Part shown: one piece after another, positions 38,948 to 49,019 of the stretch
Layout of the letters: each line of letters begins with the position of its first letter
Position numbering within the stretch: the stretch's first letter is position 1
Assembly: GCA_963758635.1 (NCBI GenBank)
Contig: CAVWWD010000003.1
Location: forward strand, 576,001-640,000
Length of the DNA: 64,000 nt
DNA from: an uncultured Candidatus Rokubacteria bacterium
Lineage (GTDB): Bacteria; Methylomirabilota; Methylomirabilia; Rokubacteriales; CSP1-6
Direction: 5' to 3'
Position numbers and translations under genes: made by a program
The notes under the pieces: model-generated
The model's database searches: none
The model's input: only the letters and a program-made list of their open reading frames with translations
What the model was told of the DNA's origin: nothing

Positions 38948-40822
38948 TCAGCGGGACGCGACGGCCGCGTCGGTCCTGAGCAGCACGGGAGTCACGAACA
39001 CCACCAGCTCCCGGCCGGTCTCGAAGGTCTCCTTCTGCTTGAAGAGCCAGCCGAACAGCGGGATGTCGCCCAGGACCGGCACCTTGCGAACGGTGCTGGC
39101 GGTGACCGACTGGGTGACGCCGCCGATCACGAGCCGCTCGCCCTCCCTGATGAGGACCTGCGTCTCGGCCTTGCGGCGGTTGATGGCCGGCGGCGTGCCG
39201 CCCGAGCCCAGGTTCACAACGTCGCCGCGGGAGTTGTTCTCGATGACCACGACCATCTTGATCTTCCGGATCTCCTGGGTGTTCAGCCGCTCGCGGATCA
39301 CCGTGGGGGTCACGTCCAGCTTCAGGAGCGCTTCCTTGAACTGGATCTGCGTGCCCGCGGAGCTCACCGTGGCGTAGGGAATCTCCTCGCCGAGCGACAC
39401 GCTGGCCTTGTTGTTCTCGACCGTGACGATCTCCGGCCGGGCCAGGGTGCGCGTCTTTCCCTGGGAGGCCAGCGCCTGGAGCGCCAGGTTGATGTTGAAG
39501 TTGGTGCCGATGATGCCGAAGGCGATGCCGGCGGCCGGGATCTGGGTCGCCGCGTTCGGCAGCAGCTGGAACGGCAGGTTCACGAGGTTGCCGCCGATCG
39601 GCAGGCCCGTGCCCTGGTCGACCTGGAAGAGGTTGCTGAGCGGGATGTTGGTCTTCGGCGCGGTGGGGCCGGTCGGGTTCACGATAACCGTGGAGCCGTC
39701 GGGCTGGAGCACGCCGCCCACCACGGGGAGCGTCTGGCCGGGCACCCGGCCGGGCGCCGACTGGAAGCCCTGGCCCACCACGGTCGTGTTGCCGGCCTGG
39801 CCCGCCATGCCGCCGCCCCACTGGATGCCGATGGCCTCCAGCGCGTTGCGATCGAGGATCTCCATCCGCGCCTCGATTTTCACCTGGGGCAGGGGCACAT
39901 CGAGCTGCTCGCGCACCAGCTTCTTGATGCGCTCCAGGTCGGCCGAGTAGTGCCGGATGAAGATCGTGTTGGTCGGCTTGTGAGCGCGGATCGTGATGCC
40001 CTTGGCCAGCACGTCCTGGCTCACGGACACCAGCGGCGCGGGCGCGCGCTGGGCGCCCTGCCCGTAGAGCTGGGCGAACGGGGGCTCCATGATCGGCGGG
40101 GACCCCGACGGCACAGACAGGGGCTGACCGGGAATCACGGTGGATACCGGCTGCGTGCCCTCGGGCGGGATCCCCAGGATGCCCTGGAGCGTGCGCGCCA
40201 CTTCCTCCGGATCCGCGTAGGACAGCCGGACCGTCTCTTCCTGCAGCGGGCCGCGCCGGCGCGCTTCCTCGGCGGCGGCTTCGTTGATGGCGCGCCGCGC
40301 TGCCAACTCGGCCTCCTTCAGCTCGGCCTCGGCCAGCTTCGTGCGCGTCTCGATCTCGGCGCGGCGCTTGGCCTCTTCGACGCGCGCCTGCGCCTCGCGC
40401 TCCTTGGTGAGCTGATCCAGCGACACGATGCGGATCACGCCGCCCTTCTCGACCTTCGACAGGCCCTTGACCTCGAGGATCGTGTCGAGCGCCTGCTCCC
40501 ACGTGACGTTGCGGAGCGACACCGACACCTTGCCGCGCACGTCCTCGCCGGCCACGATGTTCTTGCCGCTCTCCGCCGACAGGATGCGCAGCAGGTTCTG
40601 GATTTCGGCGTCCTTGAAGTCGAGCGAGATCAGCTTGCCGCCGTTCGGCGCCGCGGGCCGGCCCGTCTGCGCCTGCGCGACCACGATCGGGCTCGGCAGC
40701 GGGGCCACGCTCACGTCGTTCAGCCGAGCCGGTGTGTCGCCGGAATGGGCGACCCCGAAGACCCCGCCCAGGAGCAGCCCGGAAAAGATCGGGACCGCCA
40801 GCTTCCTCGTCGTGCGCCTCAT
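38948..40822 (-). CDS. pilQ: Type IV pilus secretin
   Basis: ISLDFKDA (STN), QVKIEAR, P.IVT..N..A, KVPVLGDIPLFGWLFK. Confidence 0.93.
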   Translation of the reverse strand: MRRTTRKLAVPIFSGLLLGGVFGVAHSGDTPARLNDVSVAPLPSPIVVAQAQTGRPAAPNGGKLISLDFKDAEIQNLLRILSAESGKNIVAGEDVRGKVSVSLRNVTWEQALDTILEVKGLSKVEKGGVIRIVSLDQLTKEREAQARVEEAKRRAEIETRTKLAEAELKEAELAARRAINEAAAEEARRRGPLQEETVRLSYADPEEVARTLQGILGIPPEGTQPVSTVIPGQPLSVPSGSPPIMEPPFAQLYGQGAQRAPAPLVSVSQDVLAKGITIRAHKPTNTIFIRHYSADLERIKKLVREQLDVPLPQVKIEARMEILDRNALEAIGIQWGGGMAGQAGNTTVVGQGFQSAPGRVPGQTLPVVGGVLQPDGSTVIVNPTGPTAPKTNIPLSNLFQVDQGTGLPIGGNLVNLPFQLLPNAATQIPAAGIAFGIIGTNFNINLALQALASQGKTRTLARPEIVTVENNKASVSLGEEIPYATVSSAGTQIQFKEALLKLDVTPTVIRERLNTQEIRKIKMVVVIENNSRGDVVNLGSGGTPPAINRRKAETQVLIREGERLVIGGVTQSVTASTVRKVPVLGDIPLFGWLFKQKETFETGRELVVFVTPVLLRTDAAVASR

Positions 40823-40833
40823 CCCTGTCCCCC

Positions 40834-41274
40834 CTAGTCTGTGCGGACTCTGAGCGTCACGGTGGTGGGCGGCTGACCCGGACGCCCCGCGACGGAGAAG
40901 GTCAATGAATCCTTGCTGATCTCTGCGACGCGTCCGTCACCGAGCACGTCGCCGGGCTTGAGGATGTAGCCAATGCCGTCAGGCGCCTCGATGAGCCCGA
41001 GCGGTCCTTGCCGGCCGTCGATGATGCCGGCCAGCTTGACGGACGCCACCTGGAGGCCCTGCTTGCTGCCCTGGGCGACCGTGACCGGCACGAACGGATC
41101 CTTCCGTTCCTTCGCCTCGTACTTCGCCGGTGCCAGCGGCGGGCCCGCGTCCGGCGGGCGTGGCGCCACCGCGGCCCTCGGAGGCACGACGGGCGGCGCG
41201 GGCGGGGGCGGGGGCGAGCTGCAACCGACCAGGAGCACCGTGCCGACGAGCGTGGCGAGGCGCGCGCGGCTCAT
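40834..41274 (-). CDS. pilP: Type IV pilus assembly lipoprotein
   Basis: Lipobox LVGC, RKDPF, G..LG.G.V..I; position between pilO and pilQ. Confidence 0.8.
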   Translation of the reverse strand: MSRARLATLVGTVLLVGCSSPPPPPAPPVVPPRAAVAPRPPDAGPPLAPAKYEAKERKDPFVPVTVAQGSKQGLQVASVKLAGIIDGRQGPLGLIEAPDGIGYILKPGDVLGDGRVAEISKDSLTFSVAGRPGQPPTTVTLRVRTD

Positions 41275-41912
41275 CGGCCGGCTCCGGCCGGGGCGGGCCC
41301 CGGAGGCCTCGGCGGCGCGGCGGGCGCGGCCGGAGCCGGCGACGCCGGGGCGCTCCCGTCGCGATAGATGTACGTGGCCATGGTCATCTCCGCGCGCACC
41401 GTGCCCGTGGCCTGGTTGATGCCGGAGATCCTGAAGTCGCCCAGGCTCACGAGGCGCTGGAGCTTGCCGAGCCGGTCGAAGAAGCCGCCCAGCTGGTGGT
41501 AGCCGGTCTCCGCGGTCACGTTGATCGGCACTTCCTGGAAACCCGGCTGCTCGACGGGCGCCCGCGGCTGGAACAGCGCCATGTTGAGGCCGGCCTGCGT
41601 CGCCATGTCGGACAGCGTCCGGTACAGCCGCGGCATCTCCTTCTCGGACGGCATCCGCTCCTTGGCGGCCTCCAGGCGCTTGCGCAGGGCCGCCACCTCG
41701 GTCCGGAACTCCCGCAGCGTGGCCTCGGTGGCCCGGGCGCTGGTGACCTCGGTCTTGAGCGACTCGTTCTGCTGCCAGAGGCCATCGCGCTCGAGGATCT
41801 TCGGCGAGATCACCAGGAAGTACGTCAGGCCGGCGACCAGCGCCAGCCCGACGACGCCGATGGCGATCTTCTGCGACTTCGGCAGCTCGAGGAGCGGCTC
41901 GAGAGAGGCCAT
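41271..41912 (-). CDS. pilO: Type IV pilus assembly protein
   Basis: TM, coiled coil, P.EKEMP.L, YHQLG.FF. Confidence 0.9.
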   Translation of the reverse strand: MASLEPLLELPKSQKIAIGVVGLALVAGLTYFLVISPKILERDGLWQQNESLKTEVTSARATEATLREFRTEVAALRKRLEAAKERMPSEKEMPRLYRTLSDMATQAGLNMALFQPRAPVEQPGFQEVPINVTAETGYHQLGGFFDRLGKLQRLVSLGDFRISGINQATGTVRAEMTMATYIYRDGSAPASPAPAAPAAPPRPPGPAPAGAGR

Positions 41913-41915
41913 GGC

Positions 41916-42467
41916 TCAGATCTCGAAGCGGCACGTCACCTCGAAGGTGATCGTGCGCACTGGCTTGGTGAGGTCCTGCCGGGACTCCACCAGGTCCACT
42001 TCCGCGAACTTGCCCGATGCCCGCAGGTTGGCCATGAAGTCCGAGAGCACCGTGGAGGAGTAGGTGACGCCGGCGAGGCGGAGCACCGGCCCGCGCTCTT
42101 CCATCCGCGTCAGCCAGAGGTCGCGCGGGACCGAGTCGATGACGGCGTCCAGCAGGTAGACGGGGCGAGTCTGCTTCCGGGCCACCGCGTCGATGGCGTT
42201 CACGCGGCTACGCAGCTCCTCGCTCTCCTTCTTGAAGCGCTGTCCCTCGGCGATGAGGGTCTTCAGACGGTCGATCTCCCGCTTGTTCTCGGTGATCTCG
42301 GTATTCAGCCGAGTCATCTCGCGGTCGAGCGGCCACCACCAGCCAACGAGAGCGACGACGAGGGCGGCGAACAAAATCCCGAACAGCCAGCCGAGGTTGA
42401 ACGACGGGACCGAGAGCGTGAGCTTCTTCTTCGTGGGGGGTGGCGCGAGGTTGATCCTGATCGTCAT
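41916..42467 (-). CDS. pilN: Type IV pilus assembly protein
   Basis: IRINL.P motif, P..LWLT, FM.NL. Confidence 0.9.
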   Translation of the reverse strand: MTIRINLAPPPTKKKLTLSVPSFNLGWLFGILFAALVVALVGWWWPLDREMTRLNTEITENKREIDRLKTLIAEGQRFKKESEELRSRVNAIDAVARKQTRPVYLLDAVIDSVPRDLWLTRMEERGPVLRLAGVTYSSTVLSDFMANLRASGKFAEVDLVESRQDLTKPVRTITFEVTCRFEI

Positions 42468-43525
42468 GAGGGCTTGTCTCCCGGCCTTCGCAGCCCGAGC
42501 CCGACCGCGACGGCGAGGCTCGGGCCGATCCGCTCCATCTCCTCGGCCGGGAACCGGCTCGCATCCACCTGGATCCCCGCGAACGGGCGCGCCAGCTCGA
42601 CGGGGATGCCCCAGGAGGAGGACAGGAACTCGTCGAGTCCGGACAGGCGCGCGCATCCGCCCGAGAGGATGATCTTGCCGATGCGCTCCGTCTCGGCCAT
42701 GGAAGCGAAGTAGTCGAAGGTCCGCTGCACCTCGAGGGACAGCTCACGGGACACCGCCTCGAGCGCCGGGACCATGTCGTCCCAGTTCACGCCGACCGAC
42801 TGCCCCTGCTTGGCCGCCTCCGCCTTCTCGAAGGGGATGCTGAGCCGCTGGGCGATGGCGTCGGTGTAGGTGTTGCCGCCGAACGGCACGTCCCGCGCGA
42901 AGATCGACAGGCCCTCGCGGATGACGTTGGTCTTCATCACGCTGGCGCCGATGTCGATCAGGGCGACGGCCTCCCCCTCGGCCCGGTTGCCCTGCTCGTA
43001 CTGGTTCTGGAGGGCGAAGTCGTCGAGGTCCACCACCACGGCCTGGAGCCCGGCGTCCTCGACGGCGGACACGTACTCCAGCACCTTCACGCGCTTGACC
43101 GCCACCAGCATCACGTCCATCGCGTTGCCCGACTCGCCCATGACCTGGTAGTCGAGGAACACATCGTCGACCGCGAAGGGGATATGGTGCTCGGCCTCGA
43201 GCGTGATCGCGTCGGCCAGCTCCTTGGGGGACACCCGGGGGAGAGACACCCGCTTGGTGATGCCCTCGCGGCCGGAGATCGAGATGACGGCGGCCGTGGT
43301 CTTGATCCCCGCCCGGTCGACGCACTCCTTGATGGCCTCGGTGACCACCGCGGGGTCCTTGATGGTGCCCTCCGCGATGATGTCCCGGGGCATGGGCATC
43401 GTGGCGAAGGACTGCAGGGCGAACTCGCCTGCGCGACCCTCGGCCAGCTCGACCACCTTCACGACGCTCGAGCCGATGTCCAGTCCGAACGTGTTCTGCT
43501 TCTTTCGCAACCCGAACAGCGCCAT
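42464..43525 (-). CDS. pilM: Type IV pilus assembly actin-like protein
   Basis: GLDIGSS, IDIGA, ILSGG, AVAVGLGLR. Confidence 0.94.
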   Translation of the reverse strand: MALFGLRKKQNTFGLDIGSSVVKVVELAEGRAGEFALQSFATMPMPRDIIAEGTIKDPAVVTEAIKECVDRAGIKTTAAVISISGREGITKRVSLPRVSPKELADAITLEAEHHIPFAVDDVFLDYQVMGESGNAMDVMLVAVKRVKVLEYVSAVEDAGLQAVVVDLDDFALQNQYEQGNRAEGEAVALIDIGASVMKTNVIREGLSIFARDVPFGGNTYTDAIAQRLSIPFEKAEAAKQGQSVGVNWDDMVPALEAVSRELSLEVQRTFDYFASMAETERIGKIILSGGCARLSGLDEFLSSSWGIPVELARPFAGIQVDASRFPAEEMERIGPSLAVAVGLGLRRPGDKPS

Positions 43526-43732
43526 ACCGGGCTCCCGATCTCGCCGCCGCCCTCTCCGGAGGATGCGGCGGCGCGCGTGCCGACGAGTGGAGGGAAGTGA
43601 CGTTCGGGAACTACCGATTGTTCCGTGTTGGTGACTGTATATGGGCGTTTCTCGTGCCCTCGCACTCATCCGGCGCTCCTCATGTTGTGGACCGGAACGC
43701 GAGCGCTACATCCAGGGGGGCCCGAATCGGCG

Positions 43733-44947
43733 TCACGGGTCGGGGGTCTCCCGGTAGGTGCCCGGTTTGACGACGAAACTTTCCGGCACCGTGGCGCCGC
43801 CCGTGCGAGCGGCGCGGCAGCCATACGCGATGTGCGCCCCACCCCCCACCGCGGTGACGGGATCCCGGAGGTTTCCGGAGATGACCTGCCCCAGGATGCG
43901 TGCCGGCCCCGACACCTGGATGTCGTTAACGGCGTACAGGAGCCCCTGGCTCTCGAAGTCCCCGGAGAGGCGAAGCCCTCCGTTGACGATGAGCCATCCC
44001 CGGAAGACGCCCCCGGGCCCGGTGCCCGCCCGGCCCTCCACCGTGACGACGGCGGGGCTCGCCGCGTCGATCCCGCCGCTGGCCGTGTCCACGAACACGA
44101 CGCCGTCTCCCAGTCGGTTCAAGGAGCCGAAGCTCACGGCGCCCTGGTGGTAAGTGCCGCGCGACCTGGCGTAGGCCCGGAGCACGGACAGGTTGTCGGC
44201 GGTCAAGACGTGGGCGTCGAAGAGCGCCTGGCTCTGGCCCTGGGCGGCGTCGCCGGCCTCGTCGGGCATGTCGTCGCCGTCCGCGCCGAACACCTGGCCA
44301 TCGCCGCGCTCGGTCAGCCCTTCGGCGGGCGGCTCCGCGACCCGGGTCGACAGCGTGCCGTATCGGCTTCCGCACGAGGTGTCGGCCCGGGCGTCGATCG
44401 TGGAGCCTCCGGCGAGCCTGATGTCGCCGCGCGCGCAAAGCGCGCACGGGAGGTCCAGGGCCGGAAAGCCGAAGTCCATGACCGTGGCCGTCACCCGCTG
44501 GTGAGCCTTCGTCCGCGGGTCCGCCGGCGAATCGCCGGGGACCCAGCCGATCGAGGTCAACAGGCGCTCGTTCGGCGCCGCGCCTGGCGCCACGTGGAGC
44601 CGGAAGCCGCCGATCGGGAGGCCGGCCGAGGCAACCGGCACGAGCACGCTGCCGTCGAACGGGGCGGGCACCGGGGTGGGCAGGGGCGAGGCGAGCACCC
44701 CGGGCGTGCCATTCGACATCCGGCCGGCGCTCAGCGCCCACACGGCGTGCTCGATGCCGGATTCGGCCACCGCTCGCGCCTGCGCGACCAGCAGCTGGTT
44801 GGTCGCGATCGTCGGCTCGGTCGCAGCGAGGACCGAGAAAGCGAGGGCGAGGGCGGCCAGGATCAGGAGGGCGACGAGGGCCATCGGCAAGGCGATGCCC
44901 TGCCGGCTCGCGAGGGCCGATGAGAGCAGGCGCCGGCCGGAGATCAC
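43733..44947 (-). CDS. pilX: PilX-like minor pilin with large C-terminal domain
   Basis: QG|IALPMALVALLIL class III signal lacking E5; A..VAESG.E. Confidence 0.7.
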   Translation of the reverse strand: MISGRRLLSSALASRQGIALPMALVALLILAALALAFSVLAATEPTIATNQLLVAQARAVAESGIEHAVWALSAGRMSNGTPGVLASPLPTPVPAPFDGSVLVPVASAGLPIGGFRLHVAPGAAPNERLLTSIGWVPGDSPADPRTKAHQRVTATVMDFGFPALDLPCALCARGDIRLAGGSTIDARADTSCGSRYGTLSTRVAEPPAEGLTERGDGQVFGADGDDMPDEAGDAAQGQSQALFDAHVLTADNLSVLRAYARSRGTYHQGAVSFGSLNRLGDGVVFVDTASGGIDAASPAVVTVEGRAGTGPGGVFRGWLIVNGGLRLSGDFESQGLLYAVNDIQVSGPARILGQVISGNLRDPVTAVGGGAHIAYGCRAARTGGATVPESFVVKPGTYRETPDP

Positions 44948-45432
44948 CGGCGCGCGAGGAGAAGGGTGAGGACCGCGGACTTGGACGAGGGCGAGCGGCC
45001 CACACCGGTGAGCGGCGCATAGCTCACCGTGACCGTGACCTGCCTGAGGCCGTCGGCCAGGACTCCGGCGCACCCCGGACCGGTCCCGCAGTCCATGACG
45101 CGGACGCGGCGGCTGTACTGGGTGTACGGGGCGGCGACGGGCGACTCGTCCGGGAAGCTCGTGATGCCATCGACGGCGGGAGGGGCGTCGGCCGAGGGGG
45201 AGAGCCCGAGGTCATCCCGGGGCGGTGTCGCCGTCCACACGGCCATGCGCACCTGCTCGAGGCGCTGCCCGGCGAGGAACGTGGCGGTCGAGAGCTGGGA
45301 GCCTTCCTGGATGCCGTACGCGGAGAGCGGCACCGTGGCGACCAGCCCTGCGAGCCCCACGGCGATGATGCCCGCCGCCAGCGCGACCTCGACCAGCGTG
45401 AGGCCCCGCTGGCCGTACGCCAGCGTCGACAC
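44944..45432 (-). CDS. pilV: PilV-like minor pilin
   Basis: RG|LTLVEV prepilin motif, A.FLA...LE. Confidence 0.7.
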   Translation of the reverse strand: MSTLAYGQRGLTLVEVALAAGIIAVGLAGLVATVPLSAYGIQEGSQLSTATFLAGQRLEQVRMAVWTATPPRDDLGLSPSADAPPAVDGITSFPDESPVAAPYTQYSRRVRVMDCGTGPGCAGVLADGLRQVTVTVSYAPLTGVGRSPSSKSAVLTLLLARR

Positions 45433-45444
45433 CGCAGACCTGCG

Positions 45445-45930
45445 TCAGGGACCGATCGTGATCCGGCCGGAGGCGGCGACGGTCACGGTCATCGTGCGGT
45501 TGTTGGCCGTGTTCGTCACCGTGTAAGTCGCGGCCGGTGCGGCCGCGCCCAGATAGTTGAAGATGGGGTTCGCGGTGCTGCTGAGGCTGAATCCCGACGG
45601 CAGCTTCAGATTGCCGGACCCGTCGGTGTTGGTCCCCAGCCAGGTCGTCCCGGCGCACGTCCCGATCTTGAGCCGGATCGCGCCGCTCGCGGTGACGACG
45701 CACATCGGCTGGTTCTGCCTGATCGCCTGCTGGCGTCCCTGGTTGAGGAAGGCGGCCAGCTCTTCCGCCGAGCTCTTGAGCGCCGCCGCCTGGTAGTAGG
45801 TCAAGAAGAACGGGATCGACGCCGTCGCGAGAATGCCGAGGATCGCGCACACCACCAGGAGCTCGGCCATGCTGAAGCCGCCCGCGCCTCGGGCCGTTCG
45901 AACGATTGTGGTTCTCACGGTGCCATCCAT
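45445..45930 (-). CDS. fimT: FimT/FimU (GspH-like) minor pilin
   Basis: G|FSMAELLVV motif, R..AI..N..., FN.LG, V..SGRI. Confidence 0.78.
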   Translation of the reverse strand: MDGTVRTTIVRTARGAGGFSMAELLVVCAILGILATASIPFFLTYYQAAALKSSAEELAAFLNQGRQQAIRQNQPMCVVTASGAIRLKIGTCAGTTWLGTNTDGSGNLKLPSGFSLSSTANPIFNYLGAAAPAATYTVTNTANNRTMTVTVAASGRITIGP

Positions 45931-45933
45931 TTT

Positions 45934-45985
45934 CGTCTGTGTCGTGCGTCTGTGTCGTGCGTCTGTGTCGTGCGTCTGTGTCGTG
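45934..45985. repeat. 13-bp perfect tandem repeat x4 immediately upstream of fimT
   Basis: (CGTCTGTGTCGTG)4. Confidence 0.95.
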
Positions 45986-46189
45986 TCGTCCGTCGGTATC
46001 GTGTGGTCGTCGTTCTAGCATCTCTGCTCCGCGGCGCTTCAGCGGCGCCGCCTGCCTCGTCGTGAGCGGATCTTAGCAAGGCGGCGATCGGGTCCGGAAT
46101 GTCCAGAGATCGATACACCGCGGGCCGCCCGGAGGCCCGCCTGGCCCGCATCGCGCTCCGGAGAAGTCCTGCGGCGGCGCCGTCGCCCG

Positions 46190-46954
46190 TCATGGGACGA
46201 ACGCGCCGAAGTACCAGTCGATGAGCCGGTCCTCGTACAGGAAGGCCACCATCCCGCCGAGAGCCAGGAACGGCCCGAACGGGACCGGGTCCTTCCGGCC
46301 CTTGCGGCCCAGGGCGAGGAGGACGACGGCCACCAGGCCGCCCGTCAGCGCGGCGAGGAGCATCGCGACCAGCAGGCCCTGCCAGCCCAGGAACGCGCCG
46401 AGCATGGCGGCGAGCTTCATGTCGCCCCCGCCCATCCCGCCCCCGCTCGCCACGATGATGACGAAGAAGAGGCCCCCGCCCACCAGCACGCCGATCAGGG
46501 CGTCGAGCCAGCGCGGCGCCCCCGTGAGCAAGCTCAGCGCGACGCCCACGACGATGCCGGGCAGGCTCACCACGTCGGGGATGATCTGGTGGTCGAGGTC
46601 GATCCCGGTGACGACCACGAGCGCCGAGGCGAGCAGCAGCCCGGGCACGAGCCCGATCCCGGGCCCGCGCGCCAGGAGGACCAGTACGAAGAGGATCCCG
46701 GTGGCGAGCTCGACGAGCGGGTAGCGCCACGAGATGGGCGCCGCGCACTGCCGGCATCGGGCGCGCAGGACGGCGAAGGACAGGAGCGGCACGTTGTCGT
46801 ACCAGCGGATGGGCGTGTCGCACCGCGGACACTTCGAGCCCGGGCTGACGATGCTCGCGCCCTCGGGCAGCCGCGCGATCACGACGTTCAGGAAGCTGCC
46901 CACGCAGAGCCCGAACACGAGGGCGACGACGAGGGTGGCGGCCTCCGGGGTCAT
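46190..46954 (-). CDS. pilD: Prepilin peptidase / N-methyltransferase
   Basis: GSFLNVVI.R, CxxC pairs, ID, GGGDMKL, PFGPFL. Confidence 0.95.
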   Translation of the reverse strand: MTPEAATLVVALVFGLCVGSFLNVVIARLPEGASIVSPGSKCPRCDTPIRWYDNVPLLSFAVLRARCRQCAAPISWRYPLVELATGILFVLVLLARGPGIGLVPGLLLASALVVVTGIDLDHQIIPDVVSLPGIVVGVALSLLTGAPRWLDALIGVLVGGGLFFVIIVASGGGMGGGDMKLAAMLGAFLGWQGLLVAMLLAALTGGLVAVVLLALGRKGRKDPVPFGPFLALGGMVAFLYEDRLIDWYFGAFVP

Positions 46955-48933
46955 CGGACGGCGCCACGGCTGCGCTCGATCTGGCGCTCGGCATAGACGA
47001 CGTCGGCGCGGTGCTGATCGGTCTGCTCGGGGGCCGAGCGGACCGAGGCGATGTACCGTGCCCACCACTCGCGGGCCCGGGCCGGATCCTTCGGCCCGTG
47101 GATCTCCGCCGCCACGCGGTAGCCCCAGCCATTGCCCGGGCTCATGAGGGCGCTCAGCGCGAGCCCCCGTTCGAGGGTGCGCTCCGCCTCCTCCTGCCGG
47201 CCCAGCTTGGCCAAGGCCAGGGCCAGGTTGAACACGGCGTTGACCTGGTTCGGGTTGAGCCGGAGCGAGTCCTGGAGGTGGACCGCCGCGGGCGCGGGCT
47301 CGCTCCGATACAGGTACACGGCGCCCACGGTGGACAGGACGTTGGGGTTCTTCGGCGCGTACGCGTACGCGCGGAGCGCGTTGCGAAGCCCCTCGTCTCG
47401 CTCGCCCAGGACCGTCTGGGCCAGCGCCAGCGACACCAGGGCGCGCGGGTTCTTCGGCAGGATCTCGACCGCGCGCTGGAGGTGTTCCCGAGCCGGGGCC
47501 ACCTGTCCGCGCTGGATCTGGGTGAGGCCCAGGTTCACGTGGGGCAGGGCGGCCTCCGGCGACGTCTCGACCATGCGCAGGTAGAGCCGGTAATCGTCCT
47601 TCCAGTCCTCGTTGCGCGAAAGCGTGAGTACGGCGTAGGTGACCAGGAGGGCCATGACGGGCAGGGCCACATACGCCTTCACCTGCCGCGCCCGGCCGGC
47701 GTCCGTCCGCTCGAGGTCGCCGAGCAGGGGGCGCAGCGCCGCCCCGGCGGCGATGCAGAAGCCCACGCTGGGCAGGTAGAGGAAGCGCTCGGCCATGATG
47801 GGCGCGGAGAGCGGTAGGAAGTTGACCCCGGCGGATGGGATCAGCGCGATCGCGAACCAGAGCGCACCGAAGGCCACCACCGGCCAGCGCCGGACGGCGA
47901 CGGCGACCAGCCCGATCACGGCCACGAGGAAGCCCACGGCGAGCCACCAGACCGCCGGGGGTGGCGGCGTCACCGGCACGATCGGGTAGTAGGCGTTGGC
48001 CGGAAACGGCACGAGCGCCAGCCACGCGTACCAGGCGACGATCTTGATGCCGGTGAGGGCGCGGACGATGAGCGGCGCCCACGCGGGGCCGTCCGAGTCG
48101 GTGAGGCCTCCGATGGCCAGCAGCCGGAGCCACGCGTAGAGACCGATGACGCCGGCGTAGGGCATGCACCGCGCGATCGTCGGGGCCAGGGCCCGCCCGC
48201 CCAGGCCGGGACGATCCCGGGCCCAGTCGTAGAGCGCCAGGACCAGCGGCAGCACGACCGCCACCTCCTTCGAGGCGAGCGCCAGGAAGAACGCGGCGAG
48301 GGAGCCCGCGGCCCAGAGCGGCCGTCCGGTGTCGCGCCAGCGCGCGTAGCCGAGAACGGCCATCAGGAAGAAGAGCGTGGCGAAGATGTCCGTGCGGCCC
48401 GACACGAAGGCCACCGACTCCGAATGGAGCGGATGCAGCGCGAAGAGCACGCCCGCGCCACCTGCGGCCACGCGACGACGCGTCAAGCGCCAAGCCAGCG
48501 CGAGGACGGCGAGTGATGTCGCGAGGTGGGCGAGGACGTTGGTCAGATGAAAGCCGAGCGGGTTCAGCCCCCACACCTGCAGGTCCAGGAAGAACGTGAA
48601 CGTGATGAACGGACGATAGTAGTGGCTGGCCTCCTGCACCTCGGCCCAGAAGTGCGTGGCCAGCGCCGGCCACAGATCGCGCCAGTCGTGGAGCTGGTAG
48701 CTCCGCTGGATCAGCAGCGTGTCGTCCCACACGAATTCGAACGCGAGTGTGCCCGCGAACGCCATGAGCGCGGCGAGGGCCACGACCACCGCCACGAGGG
48801 GGGTGAGGCGCAGCGCGGGACCATCCTGCGGGCCGAGGGGCCGGGGAGGCTCGCTTCGGAGCTCTTCGACGGACCGTTTGTCGAGCGTCGGCGGGGTGGG
48901 CCGCTCGAGGAGCGCGGGAGACGTGAGGTTCAT
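46951..48933 (-). CDS. TMTC/DUF1736-like GT-C glycosyltransferase with C-terminal TPRs
   Basis: FVWDD, YYRP, LFALHPLHSESVAFVSGRTD, SKE, AERFLYLPS, RNEDW, then TPR array. Confidence 0.8.
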   Translation of the reverse strand: MNLTSPALLERPTPPTLDKRSVEELRSEPPRPLGPQDGPALRLTPLVAVVVALAALMAFAGTLAFEFVWDDTLLIQRSYQLHDWRDLWPALATHFWAEVQEASHYYRPFITFTFFLDLQVWGLNPLGFHLTNVLAHLATSLAVLALAWRLTRRRVAAGGAGVLFALHPLHSESVAFVSGRTDIFATLFFLMAVLGYARWRDTGRPLWAAGSLAAFFLALASKEVAVVLPLVLALYDWARDRPGLGGRALAPTIARCMPYAGVIGLYAWLRLLAIGGLTDSDGPAWAPLIVRALTGIKIVAWYAWLALVPFPANAYYPIVPVTPPPPAVWWLAVGFLVAVIGLVAVAVRRWPVVAFGALWFAIALIPSAGVNFLPLSAPIMAERFLYLPSVGFCIAAGAALRPLLGDLERTDAGRARQVKAYVALPVMALLVTYAVLTLSRNEDWKDDYRLYLRMVETSPEAALPHVNLGLTQIQRGQVAPAREHLQRAVEILPKNPRALVSLALAQTVLGERDEGLRNALRAYAYAPKNPNVLSTVGAVYLYRSEPAPAAVHLQDSLRLNPNQVNAVFNLALALAKLGRQEEAERTLERGLALSALMSPGNGWGYRVAAEIHGPKDPARAREWWARYIASVRSAPEQTDQHRADVVYAERQIERSRGAVR

Positions 48934-48962
48934 TCGCTGAGCCGTCCGGTCGCCGCAAGTGC

Positions 48963-48993
48963 GACGGGGGAGGGGTTGCCCCCTCCCCCCGTC
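48963..48993 (-). terminator. Hairpin downstream of pilA
   Basis: GACGGGGGAGGGG-TTGC-CCCCTCCCCCCGTC inverted repeat. Confidence 0.6.
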
Positions 48994-49019
48994 GGCTCTG
49001 GCCGTGTGGCCGGTGCTGG

